Of a stretch of 64,000 bases of DNA, positions 30,384 through 41,087 are shown piece by piece. Made by a program: the position numbers and the translations under genes. Under the pieces are notes generated by a model. That model was given only the letters and a program-made list of their open reading frames with translations, searched no databases and had not been told where the DNA came from. Numbering within the stretch: the stretch's first letter is position 1; each line of letters opens with the position of its first letter. Origin of the DNA: an uncultured virus (IMG/VR IMGVR_UViG_3300037840_000096) (Duplodnaviria > Heunggongvirae > Uroviricota > Caudoviricetes); the IMG/VR virus record IMGVR_UViG_3300037840_000096; one strand, 5' to 3'.

Positions 30384-31541
30384 CTAACGCTTGGGTGGAA
30401 CCACGGGATGAGGGGGAGGTGCCGGCGGTACAGGTGGATGCGATACCGGAACCGGATGCGGGGGTACAGTAGGATGCCCAGGAGGGGCAGGAGGAGTCAC
30501 CGGATGAGGCATCGGTAGTGGCCTCGCCGGCATCTGAACCACGTTCCAACCCGTAGGCACATAGGCCACGGGAGGCTGCAGATCACAATACAGAACCACC
30601 ACTCCTAGCGAAGGGGTAGGTCCAGGAGTCGGGACCGGCCCCGGAGGGGGAGGTGGGACCGGAACGGGTGGAGGAACCGGAGTCGGCGGACCTGGAGGGA
30701 CAGGGATCGGAGTGGGAGTCGGAGTCGGAACCACGTTGAACGGGTTAGGAGGCAGAGGATTCCCTCCCATCGCCACCCACAGAGCCGCCAGAGTGTCGTA
30801 GCTGTCCCCGTTGGGAGAGAGGCCCGTGGTGGGATCGAACCAGTCCAGAGAGAAGACCACGTCCACCGCTGGATCACAGACTAGCAGCCCAGCCGGTGTC
30901 AGAACGATGGGAGGGTTGAAACCCCAGGTCTGGAGCTTGTAGTTGGTTCCATCCCAACCGTTCAGCCAGACCCCGTGGCCGTTGTTGTCGTCTGCAACCA
31001 CGGCTGCTCCACCGTCCCAGGTTGCTCCTGGCTGGTTGAGAGCATCCGTGAGCCAGGCATCGGGAATGCCCATCGTCAGAAGGCCACCACCGAACTTCTG
31101 CATCGCGTACTGAAGAGTGGCACTGTCGGAGGGGGTGATGGTCATGTCGTCCAGAATCGCTGCCTTCGTACCAGCGATGCCGGTCTTCCACCCTGCCATC
31201 AGAGTGTCCATGTCCAACCCGATATCCTGCCCTCCGGTGAGCGAGAGATACCAGGCGATGATCTGAGCGTCGGTGTAGGTCGCCTCCGTGCCCACCATGC
31301 CCGTGAAGGTCTGATCGCCATGGGTGGCACCCACGGCCATGCAGTCACCCTCCGTGCCATTCCCCAGCAGAGGGAAATCCAGAGTGTTGGCCTTGGTGTA
31401 GTCGAACGGAGTAGCAGGGGGCTGCCCCTTCATCCGGGGCTTCATCCGCTTGGCCGGCTTCTTGCGTCTGATAGACGCCCGGTCCTGAAGCAGGACCCAC
31501 TTGTTGAGAGCCTTGACGTACACATGCTTGATAGCCACCAC
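30384..31541 (-). CDS. Papain-fold cysteine peptidase-like protein with a Pro-rich tail
   Basis: LGN..EGDC (Cys), GHGV..NGWD (His), QTWG. Confidence 0.65.
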   Translation of the reverse strand: MVAIKHVYVKALNKWVLLQDRASIRRKKPAKRMKPRMKGQPPATPFDYTKANTLDFPLLGNGTEGDCMAVGATHGDQTFTGMVGTEATYTDAQIIAWYLSLTGGQDIGLDMDTLMAGWKTGIAGTKAAILDDMTITPSDSATLQYAMQKFGGGLLTMGIPDAWLTDALNQPGATWDGGAAVVADDNNGHGVWLNGWDGTNYKLQTWGFNPPIVLTPAGLLVCDPAVDVVFSLDWFDPTTGLSPNGDSYDTLAALWVAMGGNPLPPNPFNVVPTPTPTPIPVPPGPPTPVPPPVPVPPPPPGPVPTPGPTPSLGVVVLYCDLQPPVAYVPTGWNVVQMPARPLPMPHPVTPPAPPGHPTVPPHPVPVSHPPVPPAPPPHPVVPPKR

Positions 31542-31999
31542 TATCCTCCTGTGAAGGGGATAAGAGTTCCGAGTACGGAAGCGATGGCAGGAGTAACACT
31601 GCCAGCGAGGGGGTGTCCAGTAGCCGCCAACGCCGCACCGGCAAGCTGGCCAACCCCAGCGGCTATGTTAGGGTTTGCTGACGGTCCTCCACCAGCACCT
31701 GGCCCACGACCAGGAGGCTTGACCTTCTGGATCAGCCCGGAGAGGTTGGGCTGGTCGGGTGCTCCAGCCAGAGCCACCAGCCACCAGTAGTAGGTTTTGG
31801 TCAGGTTGACCATCTCGGTGGTCAGAGGCACATCGTCGGTCCCGGAGAGGCCGGGATCTGCTGGATGGCCACCAGGAATCGCACCCATGCGGGTAGAGGT
31901 TGCCAGAGCCATGACGGCAGCAGCGACGTAGAAGTTAGCCCGAATTGCCAACTCCTGTGGGTCAGTCTGCTGCGGGGTCGAAGCGTTCGGATCTGCCAT
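31541..31999 (-). CDS. Hypothetical protein
   Basis: GGGAGG RBS; A/G/P-rich. Confidence 0.5.
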   Translation of the reverse strand: MADPNASTPQQTDPQELAIRANFYVAAAVMALATSTRMGAIPGGHPADPGLSGTDDVPLTTEMVNLTKTYYWWLVALAGAPDQPNLSGLIQKVKPPGRGPGAGGGPSANPNIAAGVGQLAGAALAATGHPLAGSVTPAIASVLGTLIPFTGG

Positions 32000-32048
32000 A
32001 TTGTCCTCCCTTGAGAATAGGGACTTTGCTTCAGAGCGAGCGACGGGT

Positions 32049-32840
32049 CTACTTCTTCCTCCACAGAGCCTTGACTGTGCCATTCTTCGTCCTGGTCAGA
32101 CGAAGGAACGCCGATGCGTCACTATCACTGCTGGCGGGCAGCATGATAGGAGGTGCTCCCTTGGAAGGAGCAGAAGTTGGCGGTGGTGGTGCCGGGGGCA
32201 GAGCAGCAGGAGGTGGGGGAGAGCCTCCAGGTGGAGGACCACTGCTGGGAGGAGCAATCGGAGGAGCACCCGATACTGGTGGAGCAATTGGTGGTGCTCC
32301 AGACACCGGGGGAACGATGATGGGAGCACCACTGACAGGAGGGACAATGATTGGTGCTCCAGAGACTGGAGGAATGATGATCGGGGCTCCCGCTGCGGGA
32401 GGGTTGATGACGATGGGGGCAGTAGCCGCCGGGGGATGGTAGACAATCGGAGCAGTAGGCGGGGTGATGATGATTGGAGCGGGAGCCACTGGTGGAGTGG
32501 CATTCCTCGCCTGAGCCAGTGCCACCAGCTTCTGCAACTCTGCCAGATTGGCTTGTTGGAGTTGAACACCCTGAGCGTGCAGATCACTCAGCCTCCTGAG
32601 TTCTGCCAGTACAGCAGGGTCGCTGAGAGGAACCGGGGGAGCAGGACTCGTTTTCTGACGGCGACCCCCACCCACGTTGATGAATCCGATCTGCACTCCA
32701 GTCTTCGTCACCACCGGATAGCGTTTGATGTTGTCCGTGACGGTCATCTTGGACCGTAAAGGAGCCTGACGTGGTGCCTGTGCCTGGCACTCTGAGAAGC
32801 ACAGTGGTAGAGACAGCAGAACGAAGACTATCAGTCGCAT
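32049..32840 (-). CDS. Secreted Pro-rich repeat protein
   Basis: Signal peptide; 10-aa repeats GAPIIVPPVS. Confidence 0.6.
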   Translation of the reverse strand: MRLIVFVLLSLPLCFSECQAQAPRQAPLRSKMTVTDNIKRYPVVTKTGVQIGFINVGGGRRQKTSPAPPVPLSDPAVLAELRRLSDLHAQGVQLQQANLAELQKLVALAQARNATPPVAPAPIIITPPTAPIVYHPPAATAPIVINPPAAGAPIIIPPVSGAPIIVPPVSGAPIIVPPVSGAPPIAPPVSGAPPIAPPSSGPPPGGSPPPPAALPPAPPPPTSAPSKGAPPIMLPASSDSDASAFLRLTRTKNGTVKALWRKK

Positions 32841-33085
32841 AGTGTGACTCCTTTGGTGCTGTCGGGAACGTCAGCCACCCTCACATCATCGGCGTGGAGA
32901 CAGTCCTTGAGGTTTGGGCATGGATCACTTGAACTCGTAACGGCGATTCGGCCATTGCAGTAGTCGTTGCCCGCCACGGCATCGTAAAGAATGCCAGCCA
33001 CAGGCGGGCCGTAAGCGGACAAGACAATAACCTTGTCTCCGTTCTTGGCCTCACGACCGTTCTTGTAGTGCATGCACTTCTCCAT
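32831..33085 (-). CDS. Hypothetical protein
   Basis: MHYKNGREAKNGDKV; co-oriented. Confidence 0.55.
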   Translation of the reverse strand: MEKCMHYKNGREAKNGDKVIVLSAYGPPVAGILYDAVAGNDYCNGRIAVTSSSDPCPNLKDCLHADDVRVADVPDSTKGVTLCD

Positions 33086-33124
33086 AGAGACTTTGGACCC
33101 CCACGGGGTCTATCTGAAGTTTGG

Positions 33125-33805
33125 TCAGTGGTCACACGGCAGAGCACCAGGCCCGTCGCGGTGTTCAGTAATCTTGAACCTGTCACCTGGAGATGAGAGA
33201 ACAGCCCGTTCGTAGCCCAGGAACTGCATGATGCAGCGATGACTCACATACACTCCCGGTCCTGGACGGCGTGGTTCCCCTCTGTAACCGACTACAGTGC
33301 CCACCAAAACATTCTTATCCGGGTCCAGGAGTGCCCCTCCGCTTCTCCCGTGCCAGGGAGCCTCTCTGGTGATGGTGTTGCACCCCTCGTAGCGTAGCAC
33401 TGTGGCCACCCGGATAGTGACTTTGGGCCGCATCTCATCGTAGCCAATGCTCCAGGTGCGGTTGAATCGATGGTAAGCCTCTGCACAGGGGGTGACGTAG
33501 GGCAGAGGCCCATAGCCCACTTCGATCAGTGCCAGATCCTTTTCAAGATCCAACTTGACGAGCCTGATGCCGCTGGTGCGGGTAGCTCCCGACCTTCCGC
33601 AGGGAACATCCAGAGTGATCCTTGTGGCCCGATCCTTTCTCGTCTCGAAGGCGTGCCCGCAGGTGAGAACATAGCTCTTGCCCTGCCCGGTCCAGATGAC
33701 AGTACCGCTGCATCCGTGGCTCATAATCCTCACCACGCTGTCCTGTGGAGCAGCCTGGGAAAGAGAAGCCAGGACCAGGAGAGCCAGAAGTCCCAATCTC
33801 ACCAT
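33125..33805 (-). CDS. Trypsin-like serine protease with signal peptide
   Basis: GCSGT, LTCGH, DLAL, GRSGG triad motifs. Confidence 0.8.
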   Translation of the reverse strand: MVRLGLLALLVLASLSQAAPQDSVVRIMSHGCSGTVIWTGQGKSYVLTCGHAFETRKDRATRITLDVPCGRSGATRTSGIRLVKLDLEKDLALIEVGYGPLPYVTPCAEAYHRFNRTWSIGYDEMRPKVTIRVATVLRYEGCNTITREAPWHGRSGGALLDPDKNVLVGTVVGYRGEPRRPGPGVYVSHRCIMQFLGYERAVLSSPGDRFKITEHRDGPGALPCDH

Positions 33806-33915
33806 TGGGTCACCCCGAACATGACCAGAAGGAAGATGAATCCTGCGATGCCACACACTAGCACCGCAGCGATACATCCCCATAGGGTCCAGACTGTACC
33901 TACGTCGTTCATCGC

Positions 33916-34401
33916 TCAATGCTTCCGAATGGACTCGATGAGCCGGCGATCCTCTGCCTGCTGAAGATCCGCGTTGAGATGGTCGATGATGGAGTCGGCC
34001 ACTTTCTCCACCCTCAGTTCCTCTCCCAGACCCTTGATCCGGGGGAGGATATCTTTCTTGTCAGCCAGGATGGACTTCAGCTTTCCGCTGACGTAGTGGA
34101 TGACCAGATTCCCTGCCACCAACTCTCCCTTGACAGGGTCCCAGAGAACATCCTTCGTAGTCAGTACGTCCACCACTGACTGAGAGACGACTGACAGCGG
34201 AGGCGGTGGTTCGGGAGGAGGGGTGGAGAGGAGCCAGACGGTTCCCTGATGAGCCTTCCTTCCAGCCCACCAGAGACTCCGACTGAAGACTTTGAGGACG
34301 GTCGCACCCCCACCGACCAGACAGGCCAGGATAGCGGGTCCTACCGCTCCCTTGAACCCCCACTCCTCTGCGAAACCCACGAATCCCTGGTAGTCGAGCA
34401 T
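33916..34401 (-). CDS. Hypothetical membrane-associated protein
   Basis: N-terminal hydrophobic segment; GAGG RBS. Confidence 0.45.
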   Translation of the reverse strand: MLDYQGFVGFAEEWGFKGAVGPAILACLVGGGATVLKVFSRSLWWAGRKAHQGTVWLLSTPPPEPPPPLSVVSQSVVDVLTTKDVLWDPVKGELVAGNLVIHYVSGKLKSILADKKDILPRIKGLGEELRVEKVADSIIDHLNADLQQAEDRRLIESIRKH

Positions 34402-34532
34402 GATGTCTTCCTCACCATAGGGACTTTGGACGAAGGATCTGTTCCTCTACCCACTCAGCCACCCGTCTCGTCGCCAGGTCGTAAGTTTCCGCTGATGGCG
34501 AGGAGAAACCCCGATGGCTAATCGGAATCTGC

Positions 34533-34787
34533 CTAGGGCCGGCGAAACATAGCGGGGGGCGTACCCCCGGACGCCACCCAGGCAGCGATATCGGTCTGGA
34601 GTTGCTGGGCTGCCGTGTTAGCAGTACCAGTGGCTGCCGTTACAGCCGTATCGGCGTTTGTCTTGGCGGTTTGAGCGGTAGCGAGAGTGGTAGCGGCTGT
34701 GGCGGCAGTGGCTACTGCTTGCTGCTCGGCAGTGACAGCAGCGTCCAGAGCAGCGAGATCGGCGGTGACGTTTGCAGGAATGGCCAT
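34533..34787 (-). CDS. Ala/Thr-rich coiled-coil protein
   Basis: AGGAGG RBS. Confidence 0.55.
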   Translation of the reverse strand: MAIPANVTADLAALDAAVTAEQQAVATAATAATTLATAQTAKTNADTAVTAATGTANTAAQQLQTDIAAWVASGGTPPAMFRRP

Positions 34788-34877
34788 GACAATCCTCCTG
34801 GGGTGAAGGGGCTGGGGACTTTGTGTTACTCTACCCAGAGAATTTCCTACTGTCAATCCCAACAATGTCGGGAACCC

Positions 34878-36713
34878 TCAAGAGGACATTCCTTCAGATT
34901 TCTTATCAGCAGTGTCCCTCTTGGCCGGTCTGGAACTAGAGGTGCCAGTACGCTCACCCTTTGTGGTGTTGTTCTCTCTCACGCCGTTCTGCCCGGCTCC
35001 CTGATCGGGGTCTACTGCCTTGAGTTTCTCGTAACCCCCCTGGCTCCTGATGTACTCATCTATCCTCACCGCGTCCCTGGGAGTGAGTCCTAGCACTATC
35101 ATCATATAGTCCAAAGGGGAGATAAAGTGTATGACCCCGCTGGCCACATACTGAGAGAGTGCCTGAGTCCACTTCAGAGCCAGGTTGGCCTTATCCTCAT
35201 CCGTTGGAGAGTTGAGATCGTCCCAACCGACGTAGTACCTCCCTGAACTTGGAGGGGGCATAATCCCAATCATGATGAGGCGGTCGATGAAGTTCCTGAG
35301 AATGAACGGTTCTACAAACCTCTTGATCCTCCTCTTGAGCCGCACATTCCAGGTGGTCTTGTCCTGGCTGGAAGCCATTTTGGCTTCCTCGCTACCCTTC
35401 CAGATCCGGTAAGGGACTCCCTGACAGGTAGCGATGGCTTCTTCTTGAATCCTCACGAACTTCTCGGGGTTCTCAACGATGTTGGGTTGGAGCGTGGTTG
35501 CCTTCATTCCGACTAAAAGAAGCTGCCTCTGGAGCCCGTCCATGTAATGCTGAACTTGCTCCCTGAGTTCATCCTTGTCAAAAGTAGGGTTGTCCGCCAC
35601 GAACTGAGGATCGAGTTCGATAGAGAGTCCTGGGAAGCCACCCCTCCAGAGCATCTCTGCGGAGGAGCCTTTGATCTTCCGCAGATCCAGCAGCCTGTTG
35701 AACATTGGCTGCATGCGTGGTATTCCAAACACCAAAGAGGACTGGAGATTGTCAGCCACATGCACCACCCTGGACCAGTGAACCCTCCTATTGAGCCGAG
35801 TCCCTATACTGGCTCCGGCCGCGTCTATAGTCATGTCCAGGAACACAAGGTTGTAGAACTTCGGCAGTCCGTACCGTGGGCTCATCACGTCTGTTTCGTA
35901 CTGATGGATGAAGCTCAGATACTCGTCAAACGGCCTCATGTAGAGAAGGCTTCTCTGCACGTCCTTGTACCTAGGATCTCTTCCCCAGGGAGTGACTCCG
36001 TCAATAGGCTTCTCCAGATCCTCTCCGTCATCGATTCCGAGTAAGAGGGCTCCGTAGTGACCGATCCCGGCAAGACGATCCATCCGGTATAGCATGGCGA
36101 GGAGATTGTGTTTGTCGCATAACTCCTGCCAGGCAAGTTCGAAAGGAGTCCAAGTTGATTCATCTTCCGTCTCGTAAACAACAGGATCAGTAGCCCAGGA
36201 TTCCTCTGGGAAGATATCTACCACTCTTCGTGCCACGTCATCCCGGTCGTACATATACCTGTACATAATCGGGGTGATGAACTTGGGATAACCACACTCC
36301 TCGTCTATGTGGTGCCGTGGGTCCACAATGGTATCGAAGTCCAGGTAAGCATACCTGGGAAGGAGAAACTGCCGCAGCACGTTGCTGTAGGACTGATACT
36401 CCTCCATAGGCTCATTCATAATGAGCCTGGAATTCGTGACGTAGTTTCCGTTTAGCTGGTGCCTGACGTTTTGCAGCTTGCCACTGGCAAGGCAGGCGTT
36501 TATAGCAAAGTCTACTGCTGCTCCCGCTGCGGCAGGACCGACGCTGTTGAGAAGGGTTGCATCGCTATCCTGCTGAGATGGCTCTATGGCCAGGCCAAAG
36601 TCCCTATGGGCCTGATTGACCACACCCAGGAGAAGTAGCCGCTTTACCTCACTGAATTGAGTGACAAGATTGGAACCGTTGAGCGATTTAAGAAATTCCT
36701 TCCGATCCAGCAT
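34878..36713 (-). CDS. Portal protein (DUF1073-like); start may be at 36419
   Basis: ARRVVDIFPEESW, RVHWSRVVH, G.P....FNRL.DL.K; follows the terminase. Confidence 0.85.
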   Translation of the reverse strand: MLDRKEFLKSLNGSNLVTQFSEVKRLLLLGVVNQAHRDFGLAIEPSQQDSDATLLNSVGPAAAGAAVDFAINACLASGKLQNVRHQLNGNYVTNSRLIMNEPMEEYQSYSNVLRQFLLPRYAYLDFDTIVDPRHHIDEECGYPKFITPIMYRYMYDRDDVARRVVDIFPEESWATDPVVYETEDESTWTPFELAWQELCDKHNLLAMLYRMDRLAGIGHYGALLLGIDDGEDLEKPIDGVTPWGRDPRYKDVQRSLLYMRPFDEYLSFIHQYETDVMSPRYGLPKFYNLVFLDMTIDAAGASIGTRLNRRVHWSRVVHVADNLQSSLVFGIPRMQPMFNRLLDLRKIKGSSAEMLWRGGFPGLSIELDPQFVADNPTFDKDELREQVQHYMDGLQRQLLLVGMKATTLQPNIVENPEKFVRIQEEAIATCQGVPYRIWKGSEEAKMASSQDKTTWNVRLKRRIKRFVEPFILRNFIDRLIMIGIMPPPSSGRYYVGWDDLNSPTDEDKANLALKWTQALSQYVASGVIHFISPLDYMMIVLGLTPRDAVRIDEYIRSQGGYEKLKAVDPDQGAGQNGVRENNTTKGERTGTSSSRPAKRDTADKKSEGMSS

Positions 36714-37006
36714 AGTCAGGGTCCTCTACAACCTTCCGAGGCATGTAGGCGACAATGTAACCATGTAGAATCGTAGCAGATCCCTCAGGATGGCCATAGG
36801 CTACAAGTGACAGGTGGAAGGGTTTGCCCGTTTCGTCTGTGCTCTCCACCCTGAGAAGAACCGGAACCCACTCCACGCCATCAGGAGTTGTTATCTGCTT
36901 CACCAGTTCCATTGCCTTCCTCCCAAACCACGGGAGCAACGGTCCAGGACTCTTCTGGAATGATCTCCACCGTCCTCCAGGAAACGTCCTCCCGGTCGTA
37001 CATAGT

Positions 37007-38458
37007 TTACTTCCTCGCTGGAATAGCCCCCACCACCAGTTGCGGCTTCGTAAGCTGTGCGACTGCTCCAGAGGAGGAGTCCACCTGATCCTTGTATTTG
37101 CTCCTGGGAAAGAACTTGAGTTCGTGAACAAAGTCCCTATTCCAGTGAGCGGTCACCAGGATCACATTTCCGATGTTGACGTGCTGGGAGAACACGTCTG
37201 CTCTTAGCTCTTTGTCCCCGGACACCTTGTCAGCCTTGCAGCGGAATCCCTTCAGGGAGAGCCTCTTTATGGTTGCCTCTGCTGATTCTACGCCAGAAGA
37301 GGCCGGCTCCTGTTCCACCCAGACGATAGTCTCCTTTCCGTCTGCTTTGGCCGTATCCAGGATGAGTTGCTCCCTGTCAGCGGAATTCCACTGACCCCGG
37401 ATCACATCGGTGACCCAGACCTGATCCAGTTCATCCATAGCGACTTTGGTTCCTACGGTAAAGCAGGCCCCCTTCTTCGTAGAGATGGCCTTGTCCCAAT
37501 ACCTGACCGGCCCCTTCTTCCACTTTCTCTTGCCTGAAGGCATGGGAGCGTATCGGAGTTTGTCTGTCTTAAATGTCCCACCGCCTCGTGGGATTGGCTG
37601 GTTTCCGTACTGGCAAGCGTATCCCACCTCCCGTAGGGTGTCCAGAGCCTCTTCCAGAGCGGGTATGGGAAGTCTGACCGGGTCCAAAAGGCCATCCTGG
37701 TAGAAGTCTTTTAGCTCTGGTGGTTTGATTTCCCAGGTAGTGTCGCAGGGAATCACAAAGTGCTTGATTCGTCTCTTGCTCTCCAGAGCCTCCCCTGTTG
37801 GGTCCCACTCGTGTAACCTTTGCATGATGAGGACTGTGGGAGTCAGAGTGAGACGGATCTTTCGTCTGGAGAGGGTTTCTGTCATCCAGGAGTTAGCTTC
37901 AGCCAGGATAAGATCCGAAAGAGCACCTTGAGGATCAATAGGATCATCCACACTGATAAAATGAGCGTGCATGCCAATGACACTGCCACCCACACCCACC
38001 GCGTAACGCATTCCTCCGAAGGTGTTGGTGAAGTATCCTTTGGTGTTTTGGTCTTCACGAAGTTGGATCTCCGGGTACATCTCTTTGTACTTGTCACAGA
38101 GCACGATATCTCTGGACTTTCGAGAATGATCCAGGGCAAGGCGTTCAGAGTAAGAACCTGAGATGAATCTCGCAGAAGGCATCCGGGTCCAGATCCAGGG
38201 TTGCCAGAGGATAGAGACTATGGAGGATTTGGATGTGCCGGGAGGGCAGTTCCAGATCAGGTCGTACTCCTTATCCTTGTCATCAAACACTCTCTCCGAG
38301 ATCACCTGGAGTTCATCACACAGCTTCCTGATATACCAACTGGCCACCAGCTTCTCAGCTGAAGCCAGTGACCAGAAGGTGAGGAAGAACTGGTAGTAGC
38401 TCTCCCGGCAATACTCTGCCTGGAACTTTGTAACAGAAGCCTTGCTCTTGAGCACCAT
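37007..38458 (-). CDS. Terminase large subunit
   Basis: Walker A PPGTSKS, Walker B SVDDP, MQRLHE, RYWD, KDQVDS. Confidence 0.92.
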   Translation of the reverse strand: MVLKSKASVTKFQAEYCRESYYQFFLTFWSLASAEKLVASWYIRKLCDELQVISERVFDDKDKEYDLIWNCPPGTSKSSIVSILWQPWIWTRMPSARFISGSYSERLALDHSRKSRDIVLCDKYKEMYPEIQLREDQNTKGYFTNTFGGMRYAVGVGGSVIGMHAHFISVDDPIDPQGALSDLILAEANSWMTETLSRRKIRLTLTPTVLIMQRLHEWDPTGEALESKRRIKHFVIPCDTTWEIKPPELKDFYQDGLLDPVRLPIPALEEALDTLREVGYACQYGNQPIPRGGGTFKTDKLRYAPMPSGKRKWKKGPVRYWDKAISTKKGACFTVGTKVAMDELDQVWVTDVIRGQWNSADREQLILDTAKADGKETIVWVEQEPASSGVESAEATIKRLSLKGFRCKADKVSGDKELRADVFSQHVNIGNVILVTAHWNRDFVHELKFFPRSKYKDQVDSSSGAVAQLTKPQLVVGAIPARK

Positions 38459-38809
38459 GAGAGTTACGCCGCCTGGAGTCCTGCCAATCCCAGGACTCCA
38501 GAGGGCTTCCTGGGATTCAAGTCTTGCAGTTCTTCCTGGAAGAAGATGTGACCACCACCATGCTCTAGCTGCACGGCGAAGGTCCCGTCCAGGAAATCGT
38601 ACACAATCCTACCCCGCCCAAGCGGGGTGAGGACATTCGGAGCCAGTGGGATCGCCTTTTCTCTTTCGTACATGGTTGCTTCTCCGCTGGGGGTGACGAA
38701 CGCAGAAGATAGTCTGGAATTCTGCCCATACACGAGCAAAGTCCCTATCGTCAGTATAGACACAAAATCCTGGGAAATGTTCCCCAGGTGCGTGATTTTC
38801 TTGAGAATT

Positions 38810-39172
38810 TCACGTCCGTTCCTGAGTGCTATGGGTCTGGTTGGGGAGAAAACCACCTCCGGTATCAGATGCGGCGTATTCCTGTTTCACCACAAAGAGT
38901 TCCCCTTCTGCCAGGGTGATCTCGATTCTCCTGGTCTTGAGTCCCCACATTATCCCTGCTCGTTTGCAAAACGCCTGGAACTCTGGCCAGTGATAGACGG
39001 AGTAACCATCCGCTGCCACAGGATGGCTCATAAGCTCCTCCACCCTCTCCTCCAAGGTGCCAGCCTTCTCCTCCAGAAGTTTGTCTGCCAGGGCGTAGGC
39101 AGCCAGCATATCCCCAGCCAGGACCGCCAGAGCCATGCTCTTGCCAATATCCAGTTCATGTTTGCTTGGCAT
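38810..39172 (-). CDS. Hypothetical protein
   Basis: Coupled ORF between the terminase genes. Confidence 0.45.
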   Translation of the reverse strand: MPSKHELDIGKSMALAVLAGDMLAAYALADKLLEEKAGTLEERVEELMSHPVAADGYSVYHWPEFQAFCKRAGIMWGLKTRRIEITLAEGELFVVKQEYAASDTGGGFLPNQTHSTQERT

Positions 39173-40043
39173 GATCTAGTACCACCTTTCCCGCTACTTC
39201 CTGGATTTCCAGTTCCAGGCGTTCCTGTACAGTTAGGCGTTTGGGAAGAACCTTGTCCAGTTCCTTCTCCTCCACCGAACGTATGGCCCCCATGACTTCG
39301 GCCTTGCAGGTTTCCGACAGCAATGGTAGAATCTGCACCAGATCGAAAACACCGTGGAGAACCCGACCTTGTACATTTACGTCCAATTTGCTGTGCGGAG
39401 CGTATCCCCTCTCAGCATTGTACGTCTTGTTGGCGAAGAGAACCGCCGCAGTATCCCCCTGGGAAATCAGGTTCACCAGGGCTTCCTCGAAAAAGTTACC
39501 CTTGTGCCAATCCATTTCGGTGATGAGTTCCGCAAAACCCAGATCCGTAGCAATCCAGCGGTCCAGTTCCTGTTTGCTAACGTTCACCTTTCGCAGTGCC
39601 TGGGATTGGGAAAAGTTGCAGGAGCACAGTGCGTACAGGAAAAGCTGCTGCCGGACATGCTTTCCCTCCTCCTGGAGCATAAGTTCTATCTTTTTCACTC
39701 CCCCGTCCTGCTTCTCCCAGGTGTTGATCTTCTTCCAGAGTTTCTGGAGTTCCGGGGACAGCCTGGAGTAAACCCAATCCTGGAACGTTTCTGTGCCTTC
39801 CCGTTCCTTTCTCGCCATCTCCAGCACGGTGATGATCTCGGGATGCTCCCTTTTCCATGCCACCAGCGTTTCCGGCCGGATGGGTGGTTTTAGATTCCTG
39901 GCAATCTCCTTCTCCGTAAGGCCCACCTTGGCCATCTTGTAGATGTGGACCAGCATGAGCGGAGCCCACTTCCGCTTATAGTTTCTGGTGTCCACAGGTT
40001 TCCTGGGACCAACCCTTCCGTCTTTTTTCTTTTTCTCTGTCAT
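39156..40043 (-). CDS. Putative terminase small subunit (HTH)
   Basis: GLTEKEIA...TL.AWK..HPE; GDTAAVLF..K...RGY; upstream of TerL. Confidence 0.65.
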   Translation of the reverse strand: MTEKKKKDGRVGPRKPVDTRNYKRKWAPLMLVHIYKMAKVGLTEKEIARNLKPPIRPETLVAWKREHPEIITVLEMARKEREGTETFQDWVYSRLSPELQKLWKKINTWEKQDGGVKKIELMLQEEGKHVRQQLFLYALCSCNFSQSQALRKVNVSKQELDRWIATDLGFAELITEMDWHKGNFFEEALVNLISQGDTAAVLFANKTYNAERGYAPHSKLDVNVQGRVLHGVFDLVQILPLLSETCKAEVMGAIRSVEEKELDKVLPKRLTVQERLELEIQEVAGKVVLDHAKQT

Positions 40044-40083
40044 AACCCTTCTCCCTCCTTCGTAGTATCCCACCATAGAGACT

Positions 40084-40416
40084 TTGCTCATACTTCGCAA
40101 TGCCGGGAACCCTATAGGAGTGACAATCATGTCCTGGCAACCAGACGGCGAATGGAAACGGGTGGAGAAGCCCCTCACCCCAGCAGCACTGTACACAGCA
40201 CTCTCCTACGCAACAGAGGCAGCGTACCAAGACCAACTTGCTCGCTTTATCTCCATGATTCACCCAGAGGACATCCTGACGGAGGTTTCAGAAGGCAACA
40301 ACAACGGAGTCACGAACTACTACCTGGGAATAGGAACACGACTCTCTCCCAACGGCACAACCAGAATCCCCAACGGAGTGAGCTACCGGCTAGTGATCTC
40401 TGCGTGGATGAGTTAA
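40084..40416 (+). CDS. Hypothetical protein on the opposite strand (start probably 40129)
   Basis: AGGAG before ATG; fills the gap between - strand genes. Confidence 0.45.
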   Translation: MLILRNAGNPIGVTIMSWQPDGEWKRVEKPLTPAALYTALSYATEAAYQDQLARFISMIHPEDILTEVSEGNNNGVTNYYLGIGTRLSPNGTTRIPNGVSYRLVISAWMS

Positions 40417-41087
40417 CCCTGGGAAGGGAGAAAGTAGGGCCGGATATGGGCCAGGTAGTCCTGGTTTCCAAGTTGCTCCTCCTCTATCAAGTCCAGCAGA
40501 GCATAAAGCTGAACCGGGTCCTGGGATTCTAAAAACGCCTTCCACATAGCTCCCACCGCCGGAGTCTTGCTAATCTCCAGAATCTGCTCCTGGAGATAGT
40601 AAACCTGTTTCCACTCCATCCTCGCCGTGGCCCCTTTCCCTCTAACCAGTGCAACCTCCCATAGGGACTTTGCCCCCAGAGACAACTTCACCTCTACAGC
40701 CAGTTCCAGTGAAGCCTGGGATTTATTGGCAAAGAATTCCCGAGTCCACCAGTTCTGAAAATCCACGATGTTCCAGCCATGATTCTCACATGCTGCTACC
40801 CAATCCTCCCAGAAGGCCCTGCAAGCAGAAACAGTGGGAATACTCTCAGTACCACGCCAAAGAGTATAAATCAGGGGATGAGCAACCCAATACACAAAAG
40901 TCCGACCACCTTCTCTTGGACTGAACCCAGGCTGTATATCCCACGGGGCATCTGGCTCCCCATAACCCAGCCTCTGCCCTCCGGCCTGTAACTCCTGGGA
41001 AAGAGCTACCAGACCTTCTCTCTCCAGTACCGGAACCAATCCGTACCTAAAAGTGCATTTCCACGCTGCTAACGCTTGCTGTGCCAT
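40413..41087 (-). CDS. Hypothetical protein, paralog of 45172-45762
   Basis: Shared GL.AL, P..Y, DF..WW, EL..V.LS, .LD..E/D pattern. Confidence 0.55.
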   Translation of the reverse strand: MAQQALAAWKCTFRYGLVPVLEREGLVALSQELQAGGQRLGYGEPDAPWDIQPGFSPREGGRTFVYWVAHPLIYTLWRGTESIPTVSACRAFWEDWVAACENHGWNIVDFQNWWTREFFANKSQASLELAVEVKLSLGAKSLWEVALVRGKGATARMEWKQVYYLQEQILEISKTPAVGAMWKAFLESQDPVQLYALLDLIEEEQLGNQDYLAHIRPYFLPSQG

